This document shows, piece by piece, positions 19,674 through 32,276 of a DNA stretch of 64,000 bases. The notes beneath the pieces were generated by a model, which saw only the letters and a program-made list of their open reading frames with translations, was not told the DNA's origin and did no database searches. The stretch is taken from IMG/VR virus record IMGVR_UViG_2834277561_000001, positions 58,688-122,687 of that record; one strand, written 5' to 3'. Position numbers and translations under genes: made by a program. Within the stretch, counting starts at the first letter, position 1. The number at the start of each line of letters is the position of its first letter. This DNA is from a virus (lineage: Duplodnaviria > Heunggongvirae > Uroviricota > Caudoviricetes).

Positions 19674-20927
19674 GTCGTTTTCCTTTCATTATTTATTTCT
19701 CTGTTTCACTTTTACTGACTCCTCTAGGTTGAGGATATAAAGGTGCTTACGCACCCGATTCCCTTTCGGGAATTCCCAGTAAAGAAAAAATGTATATCCA
19801 TTTTTATTTACAGGAAATTAAAATTTAATTTTTATTTATATCGCGGAACCTCAGTGGAGCGCATAGTGCGCAATGCAATTTGGTACATTTATTAACTCCT
19901 GGATGGAATAGAAGATGAACATACCAGGATGAATCTATATTTCGTGGGCTGAATATTGAGATGGAAGAGTGTAGTAAAACCTTGTTTCATTAATGGAATT
20001 CTCTTTTTATTTTTCTTTTTACATGTAATTCAACTTCGGTTTTACTACTTACGCAATTTGCGCAATAAAAAAAGACCAACTACATTGTTGATCTTTAATG
20101 GAAAAATATTTTTATTTTTTATATATTCGGTAATTTCGAGTAAGGACTTCGCCGCTATAAACATTTTCCTCTGATTCTACTGGGATTTCACGCAGCTCGT
20201 CTTAGCTTCGTTTTGCCTATCATCTGTTTTTCGTGCTATGAATTTTTCCCGCGTTCGATACCGATGCGCATTATAATAAGGAAACGACTATGTGGAAAAG
20301 TGGGCTAGACCGCGTTTTTACGGCAAAAGCTCGCTAAAATTTTGACCATCCTGATCACGCGTTAGGTACTTATAATTTTCTCATGTAAAAGTACCCTCAT
20401 ATGGGGAATTATCGGACTTTTCTACACACTCGCTGCTAAAATTCACGTTTCCGGCAAATTTGGTAGAGTGTCATAAAAACATGGATTAATGGGATGCTAC
20501 CGAACACGTCTCCGAACAAATTTGAGGGGAATTTAAAAGGATGGATTCGAAAAATGAGAGGATAGTGTGAGTGGAACACATGGGGGAGAATAGTTGCCAG
20601 ACTATTTTGATAATAATGTAAATTATCCCCATTGTATATACAATATATACAATACAACAATATTGATAGGGTATACAAAAACATTGGATTAATTGGACTT
20701 TTTGTGGAAATGGAATTGTTAGCTGTAATAAACTATTCTGAGATCACTATATATAAGATGTTTTAGTTTTTCAAACAATTTTAACTTTTCAGATAAAACG
20801 TTGATTTTATACATGCCCCTGGTATTGTCTGAAAATATGACGTTTTTGTGCGCCCCGTATGGTTTCGATAAAATGGTTCGGTATCGAATCATTAAAAAAA
20901 ACAAAAATCCACATGTCCTATTCAATA

Positions 20928-20981
20928 CCACATAATCCCACGCTATTTTCTTTTGCATTCCACATAATCCCACGCTATTTT
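20928..20981. repeat. 22-bp direct repeat in a long non-coding region
   Basis: CCACATAATCCCACGCTATTTT at 20928 and 20960. Confidence 0.9.
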
Positions 20982-21723
20982 GATACAATTCCACACACTA
21001 AAATGTGGTTTTTGCACTACAATTTTGAGATTATGCATCAATTCAACATAAAGCCACATATATAATTCGCAAATACCACACAAAACAACATACATTTTAC
21101 ATAAATTATCAAACAATTATATAGCGAGCTGTTTATTTGCGCGACGTCGCGTATTATTTTCACAATCTTACATACACCAGTCGCAATTGCACACGATACC
21201 GCGACAAATAGCGTAATTGCATATCATAGTGATGCAATAATATCATATTGATTGTGATACGCACGCAACTAGCACAACTATAATATAAGTTATACTATTA
21301 ATATATCAATTGTATGCAACAACACAAGTTGTACACATATATTATTATAATGATACTATGATATCACACAATAACCATAATATTGTAGCATACATACACA
21401 CTATATTATGTCATGTGTATATATACTATATTATCATAGTTGTGCATGCATCAACGATAATAGCTTGTATTATCTGTATATATTGTGAGTACCAGTCGCA
21501 AACCATGACACGTTGATATACGTTATATTAATATATCTATATTATAGTATTGTATACCACTACATATAGTATCAAATACCGTACTTGTTATATATCTTTT
21601 TATATGGCACAAAATGGCGCGTTCTGGACGCGTTTACACTGTCACAAGACAAACTATGCGCGAATGCCTTGCACGGGATTACAGGACGTTGTGAGTGTGT
21701 TTCTTCCTATTATATGGCAAAAA

Positions 21724-22302
21724 TCATAAATTAATATCATTGAAATAATTGTAATCATTATCAATTATATATTGGGATATATCATATATATTATTTTTGT
21801 CTCGGTATATCATATCTTGTAATTTATACATTTTTATAGGATCATTTCCGTGCTCTTTTATTTGCCAGTATATAAAAGTCTTTCTTAATGATTCAGTGGT
21901 TATGTGTATTGACAGATTATATTTTTTCGTAAACCTTATATACCATCCGTTAAAAGTCGCAATATTCATTTGTCGTTGATTATATCCAAATACATATACA
22001 TATAATTGGTAATCATTGCTTATTTCTATATTATGTTGTATTGCTTCTTTACATGCTTTATTTAAATACAATTTATATTCATTTCTTTCAATGTAATCTT
22101 TAATGGTATAATCGTCATTTAAAATATCATACCACTGTAAAGATAATAAATCTTTTGATTTTAACCCTAAATTAATACCTAATATAAAATATAATAATTG
22201 TTTTTCTCCAATTATAGGCTTTAGTGTTTGAAAATAAGCTTTTAATAAATTTATATATTCTTTTGACTTGATACTATCGGCTTTTTGTTGGGTATTACTC
22301 AT
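21724..22302 (-). CDS. Degenerate tyrosine-recombinase-fold protein (catalytic domain only)
   Basis: GINLGLKSKDLLSLQWYDI and TTESLRKTF resemble GL-R-ISD and HSLRKTF, with R->K and H->E substitutions. Confidence 0.7.
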   Translation of the reverse strand: MSNTQQKADSIKSKEYINLLKAYFQTLKPIIGEKQLLYFILGINLGLKSKDLLSLQWYDILNDDYTIKDYIERNEYKLYLNKACKEAIQHNIEISNDYQLYVYVFGYNQRQMNIATFNGWYIRFTKKYNLSIHITTESLRKTFIYWQIKEHGNDPIKMYKLQDMIYRDKNNIYDISQYIIDNDYNYFNDINL

Positions 22303-22492
22303 TATATGTTATGCCTTTATTGTCTAAATCAGATTTTATCAATGCTTTAATATAGGCTGTTTTAGTTTGATCTGTATTTTCTATATATCGTATTAACCTA
22401 TTATATTCTTTTGTTTCTTTTTCTGTATATTTCAGTCTAACAACATTACATTTATTATTATAATCTCTCTGACTTTTCGCATTATATGCCAT
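22295..22492 (-). CDS. Small ribbon-helix-helix/Arc-like DNA-binding protein
   Basis: MAYNAKSQRDYN..VVRLKY..TKTAYIKALIKSDLD; AAGGAG SD before ATG 22492. Confidence 0.6.
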   Translation of the reverse strand: MAYNAKSQRDYNNKCNVVRLKYTEKETKEYNRLIRYIENTDQTKTAYIKALIKSDLDNKGITYNE

Positions 22493-22537
22493 TGTACACA
22501 CTCCTTTAAATGATTTATTTTTGTACATAATAGTCAA

Positions 22538-22633
22538 ATAGGAGCACCTATTCAACGTATAAATTATGCATACTGCTAAAGTTTAATAAATATAGGAGCA
22601 CCTATTGACTAATAGGAGCACCTATGCTATAGT
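22538..22633 (+). promoter_or_regulatory. SigA-type promoter with three palindromic operators
   Basis: TTGACT(22605)-17 nt-TGnTATAGT(22628); ATAGG-AGCA-CCTAT at 22538, 22592 and 22612, the last between -35 and -10. Confidence 0.8.
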
Positions 22634-22953
22634 ATAACCATCAACAAGAGATACACAAGTATCAAACAGTTGATGCAACCTACATCATGTAGGACGTAAC
22701 TGTCAATCTAATAAGTCCAGAGCGCACAACCTGAACATTGACAACTAAATAAAGGGTTTAGTCGACAGGCTACACGTAATAACGGGATACCTTAAAAGTC
22801 CATACTGGTTGTCATAACCACGGTCATAATAAATGAGAGGGCCGAAACGACAGGTTTTATAAATAAGGGTTTACTTAATAACTCTGTTACCGCTACACCA
22901 AAAAAGCGGTATATAAATACATACGTTGAATACATAAAAGGAGGTATTTTCCA

Positions 22954-23043
22954 ATGTATACAGATTTCGGATACATCGGGAAAACGGATGGCATCGAATA
23001 CGCAACTGTCAAGGAAGCACTAGAAGCCAACCCAAACAACTAG
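22954..23043 (+). CDS. 29-aa small ORF MYTDFGYIGKTDGIEYATVKEALEANPNN (not in track)
   Basis: AAGGAGG SD, ATG 22954, TAG 23041-23043. Confidence 0.55.
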   Translation: MYTDFGYIGKTDGIEYATVKEALEANPNN

Positions 23044-26000
23044 CAACGGGGGACTGAAAAGTCCCTCTTTAGTAAATACCTCCAAAAAGATTGTAACATT
23101 TTTATAAAGTGCAGTCAACCGCACTATAAAAAAGAATGTGATGTCCACGACAGCAACAAAAACTTGCAAGGGTAGCAAATTGACATGATAGCAAGTAAAA
23201 CAAAAGTCAAACCAAAAGACCACGCGACAGGTTAAAAATGCAAAAAGTCGGTTGTCCGTATCCGATCAAAAAACGGCGGTATGGTAAAACCCGTAAACGT
23301 TTCCTGTCCGTAGCCGTGGCACGGAGGACAAAAAAACCACACGGAAGTTGTAAACAATAATACAACTTGCCACCGATGAAAAGACGGTGCAAAACAAAAA
23401 AGTGGGATAGTACAGATTCTTAGAACGTGAGCGGATCACAATAAAAACCGCGACTGTACAACTTGCAAGCGGTTAATCATTAATCACTTGCTTTTTTGTT
23501 TTGACTTTGCAAGTCATTTCTAACAAGCAAAGCAACGCGAAAGACGGGCAAAAGTGTAAAGCCTGTGAGGGTGGCAAGTAGTAGTCAAGTAACGTTGTTT
23601 CTAATGTTGGTAAATGTGGCTTGCAAAGATGAGAACAAAAAAGAGAACTAATAAATACGACAGATAAACGGGAGGGATATAAAATGTTAGATTATAGTTT
23701 TTTCTACGATTTAGCGAAATATTGTAATGATAACTGGAAAGGTTGCTTTACTGAAAAAGAAATAGCCGAAAATGCATATGAGTATTTAGTATCATATGAA
23801 TATAGTGTTAAAAATGGTAGTCCAAACTACACTATTAGAACACTAATTCAAAATTTACAGGAAGATATAAAAAATGATTCTCAATCAGAATCATCTGATT
23901 ATTTGATTATGTTAACAAGTGAATTAAATTAATCAAATAATTTATAGGCAGTAACATAGCACACAAGAAAAAACGCTTGTGTGCTTTTTAGTACCTATAA
24001 ACAAAGATCATAAATTTAAGGGAGAAAATAAGCCATGAAAAAGAGAATCATTAGTACATTAGTTACCGTAACAGTAGCACTTACAGCTTTTTGGGGCGGT
24101 CAAATGACCAACGCGACAGTCCAGGCGGACGAAAAAGAGTCTATCTTTTTGGATGACATAACCGATTGGAACACCAACGGCACGGAATTATCACTTGCCA
24201 TGCGTGACGGTTCAGAGATGACAGTATATAAAGAAGACGCGGTATACAGTCCAGAACGCAAACGGTATATTGCACTTGACGAAATCGCAAGCGTGAACAT
24301 GACCGCGACGGGATTCGAGATTGTAACCGTTGACGGCAATACATATGAGTTTGAGGAGGAAAAATAGAATGGAATTCAAGAAATTATCAGAAATGAAAAA
24401 GAACTACGATCATTGTAAAGCCGGAAAGAACAATATTATCATCGATCTGCATGAATTAGAAAGCAATCTATTCATATCAAAAGTCCTGGACGATATCAAG
24501 CCAGAAATCATGGCAACGATCGGACGAGATACAGTAGAAAGTCTTGCATTCTTTTTAAAAGCAGAACCGGAAGACAAGGAAATATACATAGATTTAGAAT
24601 TCCATATCACGCATGTATACGATTGTCATAGCGGAAAAAGGTTATACACATTTAAAAGCATTGCCGGAACGCGTTACACGGCATATCAAAAGAATATTTA
24701 TGGTGTTGTGCCGTATGGGGAAAAGCCTTGCGTATGCGTTACATCCGGCACGTTTGATAATGGGCGCAAGTTGTACTTTAGCGATGTAGAAATCTAATAG
24801 AACGGGATCGGGAGGGAAAATAATATGTTACATACAAATCAGAATGAAACAATTAGCGTATTGGACGGAAAATTTTTGGATAGCAACGGGAAAATTGACA
24901 TTAGTTATTTTACTGGTGAAGTCAAAAACTATGTAATTAATTGTAGTAGTACAGTATACCTTTATCATTGGTTAGTTGATGATCGTAGGCATCCTATACA
25001 CTCTATTGCATGGCAAGCATTAACGGAATGCGTTGACATGGAATTAAAATATGATGGTTTACGCTGTACAAGTGCGCACTTAAAAAAATGGTTTGAGATT
25101 CACGGATTAGACTATAAAGAGGTAATGAAACCGCTAATAACTCAATTAACAGATGAACGCGAGGAGTATATGGAGGAGAATAAATAATGATTAGTTTTGA
25201 CGTAAGCAACGGCGGAAAATTAACACTTGAACAGGAAAACCATGACGGAAAAATCATGGTAAAACGTGATGGAATAGAATGTTATTCTATTTCACCTGCC
25301 GACATGGTTATGCTTTTAAATCTGTATCGATACACAAAAGCAAACAATATTCAGAATGATTTTATCAATCCTAGCGGAAAAAACAGAGAATAATACTTGT
25401 GACCAGTTAGAGCGCGTCAAGTATGGCGCGTTTTATAGTGTTCACAAGAACACCAACACACATAACACGGGAATTCAAGAGGAGGACGGAAAATGGCAAG
25501 AAATAAAATTGAAACTGTAATGAGCTATGATCAGTGGGAACAGGAACACAAGAGACGGACTAAAAAGGCGATACACGATACTATTCAGGGACTCACAAGA
25601 GATATCGCAACAGCAATGATCATTCTTGCCTTGCCTCTTGGCATGGTGGTGCATTTCCTTTTATCGACGGGATATTGATAAAAAGAAGGTGTCACCATGG
25701 GGAAATATCAAAGAAACAAACAGAACGGAAAAAACGACACATCATTTAAACGATCATATGCCGGGATTTATGAGAATGCCGACATGGAGAACAGACAGAC
25801 ACGTGAGGAACGTGCGGAAAATTTTGACCTAAAGAAGTGGCTGCGTACTACAAATTTATAATTGGAGGAAAGGAAATGCCGAAACTAGATCAATATACAT
25901 ATGACTCGATCGTTGGTTATATGGACGATGATATCAGAGATCGCGTACATAACTACATGGCACCGTGCAACAACGAAGAATTTTTAATAGAATACTGTGC

Positions 26001-27388
26001 ACAGGATCGCAGCTTTGAAGAACTGTTAAAAGCGGAATTTCACATTGATATGTGGGATTATCCGGAATTTGTCAATAGAATTTGCAACTGATAGAACGGA
26101 AAATTTTGATGAAAGTACAATTTCAACAGGAGGAAAACATAATGAAAGCAAAACAGTTTAAAAAAGTTGTAGAAGAAAATAGAAAATATATTGATATAGA
26201 AACAAGATATAAAACAGTACAAATGATTTTCTTTGTTAGAGATTTGATGATGGAATCTGGAAACAAAGAATGTGCAAAGTTAATTGACAATCTAGCGGAT
26301 GAAATTGATAAAATTGATACTCACGAGATCATGAAAGAACATATATTTTAAAACAATTTGAAATTCATATTTCAGGAGGTAACAGAATGAAAACATATTG
26401 TATTACATATCATGAGACATACGCGGAAAATTACGAAGTTGAAGCAAATTCGCCAGATGAAGCAGAACAGATTCTGCGCGAACGGATTGCAAATGGAAAA
26501 GAATCCGCGCCGGAACAATGCCAGGATAGCTGGTGTGATATTGCAGAATTATAATGAGTTTGACCGCTGATAGGCATATGGAAATACTTTCTGTATGCCG
26601 ATTGAACGATTAAACAGAACACTATATAATAAGAAAGAAATTGATAACATGAAAGATGTAAGAATGAAAATCACAACGGGAACGTGATAGACATAAGAAA
26701 GAAAGTATTTTTTATGGAATGTGAGAATAGGAGGTACATATGTATTCATTAGTTAGATCGGAAAGGACAATATTTGATAAAAACAGAATAATGTTAAGTA
26801 AATCAATTGCTTATATATATTATGATGATATAGAACATTTGTTTATTGATTACGATAATAAAACATGGGGAAAATTTGATGAGTACGAATGGAAACGAAA
26901 AGGAGCAATCGTACCTGGCATTACATCTCATAATGAAGATAATATAAATTCTTATGACATACAGTATGAAATTTTGGAAACGTTAGAAACATATTATTAT
27001 GGAAATTTATGGGATAGAATAGAAAAGTTAAAATAAATAGTGTAAATAAGAAAGGAATATATGACAATGGAAAATAATGTAAAGAAAACAAGAAAATATT
27101 ATCGAGTAAAAGTTAAACGTATTCCACCGCATTATCCAATTAATACAAGTTATTATTATGAAGAGGACGTATGGGCATATTCTAAGGATGGTGCGATCAA
27201 TAAAATCAATCGTACTCATAAAAATAGTTTTGGAAACCATATCCCGTGTGAAGTTGCTGAAATATCAAAAGAAGATTTTCGTGGTGATAAAATAATTAAA
27301 CATATAACAGAATAACAGAGAATACCAAAAGAAATCCAATTGAAATGTATCTTTCGTAAGAACGGAAACAAATTAAATAAGAACAGAG

Positions 27389-27424
27389 AATAGTCTTATA
27401 GGAAAATCCATAAGGCTATTTTTT
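27389..27424 (+). terminator. Intrinsic terminator
   Basis: AATAGTCTTAT...ATAAGGCTATT stem followed by a T run. Confidence 0.6.
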
Positions 27425-27979
27425 ATGGATGAAATGCACGTTTCGAGACAGGAGGAAAATTATGATGTTAGAACAGAAAGTTATGAATATTTTAGCGCGA
27501 AATAATTTTGGATGTAAAGAAGTAATCCAGAATGATAACGGAAAATATACGGCTAAAATCTACGAACAGATATATTCCATCAAATGGTTTTGGACAATCT
27601 CATTTGATGGAACAACGGGAGATTTTATCGAAAGTGTTTACGAAATAGCATGTAATTTCAATATTGATGATGCAGTGGAAAAATATAGAAACAAATTTTC
27701 TAGTATAACAGACACAGTTCATTATATGGAAGATAGAAGAGATAATTTATTTGAGTTATATAACAGACTGGACGGTTGGGAACCTGACGGAAAATATTTA
27801 GCAATCAAGAAATTAAGAGAACTCACAGAACGTTATTTGTCACTGGAAAATGATCTGATGGATGCCGGAGAAGCAACGGACGTTATGAACGAAATCGAGG
27901 ATGCAGCGGTTGATCTTCTGATTGATGGGACTGATATGACAGCGGATGAATTATTTAAAATTTTAGATAGCCGGAGGAA

Positions 27980-28207
27980 ATGAGAATGGAAATTTTAAGT
28001 GTAAAAAAAGCAAAAGAATTAACAATAGATACAGAAGTAAAGCCTTGTCCTTTTTGTGGTGAAACAGAGGACATTGTAGTTGAAGAATATAAAACCATTG
28101 TCGGGAATCGGTGGAGAATAGTGTGCTTTGGTTGTATGGCAGGAATAGACAGAGGATACGATCAAACACCGCATGGATTAATTGACGTATGGAACAGGAG
28201 AAAATAA
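27980..28207 (+). CDS. Lar-family restriction alleviation-like zinc-ribbon protein
   Basis: VKPCPFCGE...WRIVCFGC...WNRR pattern. Confidence 0.7.
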   Translation: MRMEILSVKKAKELTIDTEVKPCPFCGETEDIVVEEYKTIVGNRWRIVCFGCMAGIDRGYDQTPHGLIDVWNRRK

Positions 28208-30635
28208 AAATGGAAAAATTAAAAGAAAGAATCATTAACCAGGCGAAAAAATCATTAGAAGATGCTGTAATTTGCGCTAAACAAATTACTACAGAAAATA
28301 ATGTACATAATAAAACTTGTATTCTTAATACAGAATATCATTTGTCACAGTTTTTTGCTTATATGGAAATTTTGTGGGAATTAGATATAGATAAATATGT
28401 TGAAATTGGAAGTGAAACGAATAAGGATAGAACCGCTGCGGCGTTGGCGATTGATAAACTTTATGAAATCGGAGGAAATGAGAATGGAAAATATTAATAT
28501 GAAAAATTCAGAAGAAACTATGATCGAATGCAATTTCACAGAATCGGAAATTAAGAAGAATGGATGGATATAAATGCTTAATGCAACTAATTGGAAAGAA
28601 TTAAAGAAACAATTGAAACAGATACAAGGTAAGGCTGTATTTAAGTTGGAACGTGTTAATAGTATGAATGACGGAACGTTCTATAGAGTATTACACCAGG
28701 TAAAGCCACATGAATTAGTTTTCTTTGATGGAAAGCAACAAGTGTATTTACAAGTAAATACAGAAACAGAAAATAAAATTGTATACTTTGAAAGTGGTTT
28801 TAGAATTGGAAACTGCACTTATATATTAGATAGAATTATGGAGGTATAACCATGAACGCTGTCCAAAAAGAATGGGAGAAAATGAGAATTGCATATCAAA
28901 ATAGGTACGCAAAAATGTGTAAAAAGATAAAGAAAAATGAATTTAATACCGATAATCACGGAGCTTTACTTGAAATGAGCTATGTTTTGATTGCTGTGTT
29001 TGGATTGACGGATAAACAGGTACAAGAAATTGAAAGAAATGACGGATTTACAAATGCAGATGTAAAACGATAAAATGATGATTTTTAATTAGAAAATTGA
29101 ATTGGAGAATAATAAAAATGAAAAAATCAAATATTAGAGTATTTGGGGAAGCAAGTATTGCACATGTAGAAAAGAGAGGTTTGTTTTCGTACGTAGTTGT
29201 AAGAGACTGTGATAAAAAAGTAATCGCAAAGTCATTTTCATTTAGGAAATATATGAATGATACTATTCGTACAATGTATACAGGAGAATATTATGCTACG
29301 GGTGATTTCATATTGGTTGCTGATACTGTAAATGGTAGTAAAGAAATCTACAGATGGAAATGAATCATAAGTTGTATCGGAGGTAGAGAATGATGTTTGA
29401 TATAAATAAAGTATGGATTTACAGAATTGAAGATTGCGCATGTGGTGCTGTAATTGCAGACAATAAAGAATTAGCAAAGGAAAAAGTAATTAATGCATAT
29501 TTGCAGCATTACACAGAATTTGATCCGGATTATGCGGTTATTCAGATTGAAAATGCATTAGAGAATGGAAATATTTTTACTGATTGTCCAGATGTGATAG
29601 AAGTTGATGAATGTTAATGAAATAAAAGTTTCAGAGAATCGGAGAAAATAATATGAAAGAATTTAAGAAATTTGTGATAGATAAATGCAAAGAATCTGGT
29701 GTTTTAGATACGGAAAATATTTATTTTTCTCAGACAAGAGATATATACTATGCTGACTATAAACCGAATTATCCAGAAAAAACAAATGGTGACTTTACAA
29801 TTTCTCAGGAAATTATATCTGGTAAAAGAAAAATGTATGGAAATTTTAATGCTTTGATTCCAACAATAATAGAATTGTAGTAATGAAACAAGAGTTTCTT
29901 TGGAAGAATGGAGGAAATACAATGAAGCGTGATTTAGTAGATGAATTATATAAAACGGCGTATAAACGATATAGAGAAAAATATCCAAATAAAGATTTTG
30001 CATCTATTCCAAATTTTTTAGATTCACTTTGGTTTAGCATTGAAGGTGAACTTAATAGAAATGGATATGATGCTGCAAAGAAATATGTCGAAAAAGCAGA
30101 GTTAATTGAATTAAAGTAAATGAATCGGCGATTTTTTATGAAAACAGGAAAAAGATTGGAGTGATTTTATATGTTTAAATTATCATCTATAAAAGTCGGA
30201 ATGAAATATCAGGATGTAAGAAATGAAATTATTAAATCAAATAATTTAGTTATGAGTTGTTTGCCAGCTTTTTGTAATAGTAACTATGATGTAGCAAAAA
30301 ATCTTGATACAAAAGAGAAAGTCTATGTATTAAGGGATTATGATACAGGAATTATTACAGATGTTACAACAGATTATTATAAAGCGGTCAATGCTGAAAC
30401 AGCACAGAGAAATATATCTGAAATTCTTTATAATAATGGATATTAAAATCTAATGAAACGTAGATTTCTTAGGAAAGTAGTGAAGAGAAATAGTAAAAAA
30501 CATACATGTGACAAGACAAAGAATGAAATTATTGAGATTATTGCATAAGAGTTTAAAACGGTAAACAGAGATTATGATGATGCAATACAAAATTTTCAGA
30601 ATAAATGCGTGTTTTATTAGAAGAAAGGAAATAAT

Positions 30636-30920
30636 ATGTTAGGATATAAGATTTATTTTAATGGAGATAAATTTGTAGCAGATAATACTGCAACAGAAGT
30701 TCAGACGATGCCATGCGATTCAACTGTTTCATGGATGGCTAATAAGACATATGCAGATAATGTCGTAGAAAAGCATAATGCAAATGATTTAAAGGATGTT
30801 AAAAAATGTAAGGAATGCGGAAAATATTTTTGGCAAACAAATGATGAAAGAATCTGGTTTACTGATAGGAATATGAAAGCACCTTGCAGATGTTATTCTT
30901 GCAGAAAAAAGAAACACTGA
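30636..30920 (+). CDS. Protein with C-terminal zinc-ribbon domain
   Basis: CKECGKYF..ERIWF...PCRCYSCRKK. Confidence 0.65.
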   Translation: MLGYKIYFNGDKFVADNTATEVQTMPCDSTVSWMANKTYADNVVEKHNANDLKDVKKCKECGKYFWQTNDERIWFTDRNMKAPCRCYSCRKKKH

Positions 30921-32276
30921 AATTCGCATTTACTAGGAAAAGCGAGAGAATAACACCATTAAACAATGCAATAGAAATTATATTGAAATGGCACTTTTAA
31001 AAAAGAGAACGGAAAGTATCAGAAGGAAAATAATATGAAAGTATTTTATTTAGCACAAGAGAATTTCGGATGTGTTGTCTATGCAGATAATGAAAACGAT
31101 GCATTTGAAAAAATGAAATGTCAAAGAAAAGAATTATTAGAAATTTTAGGATTGCCATTAGATATTACACGATGGGGAATTGAAGAATTTACACCGGACT
31201 TATATGATGGTGTCTTATGTTTTTATTAAAATGAAACGGAAATTTCAAAGTCGGAATTGGAGGAAAATAAAATGGATAAAAATATACATTGGTATGAATT
31301 ATGTTTCTTTGGCGATGAGGATACAGAAAGCGAAAAATATGATAGTAATAAAGCTTGTAGCTATGTGATTAAAACAGAAATCCCACCAGTAATCGATGAT
31401 ATGATTGCATTGAAAATTTTGTTTGGGGAGCCAAGAGAACAATGGGAGAGAGAACTTATTGAAAATTGCACTTGTGTTATGGAAATATCAGAAGATGATG
31501 CTCAATCCTTTGATGTGGAAGGACTTACAAAGAGAGTTGAAAGTGAATACGGAGTATATTATACAAGGCAATGAAAAGCACATTTCAAGAAATGTGCTTG
31601 TTATTATAAATTAGAGTATCAAAGATGGAGGAAATAAAATGTATAGTGGAACAGTTATAAAACCATATTGGGGTTTTGAAGTTGGAGAAAGAATATATGT
31701 TAAAGAATTAGATTATACCTTTAAATGGTGTGCAAATATTTACAGAACAAAAGAAAAGAGTTCATTTGTTGTAACTGTATGGGACATTGATATGCTTAAA
31801 GAGTGTGTAAATTTCGATTAATAAATTGAAATGAGTAAAAATTAAAATTTGATACATACGAAAATGAAATAGCGATTTCAATAATTAGAGGTATACACTA
31901 TGAGAAAGAATATTACAGATGAATTTACAGGGCAGCAGAAAAGAATCTGACAGTATTCTATAATGATGACACAGGAGAATTTGAAGTTTGGTACAATAAA
32001 GAATATTCAGAAAACTTCTACGATAATCCAGAAGAGAATGCAATAGAAAAGTTCAGGAATTTATTAATGATTGGTAGGTAAATTATGAAGAAAGAAAAAG
32101 CATTAGAAAAGTTACGAAAAGCAAAAGTAGAAGCTGTATCAAATTCTACAGTAATTGAAGTAGGTAGATTGGAATTAAACGAAGCAATAAAAGCATTGAG
32201 AATTATCATTGCTCTACAGAATATATTAAATGAAGATTAAGATTGAAATGGAAATTTCAAAAGGAGTGAATATATC

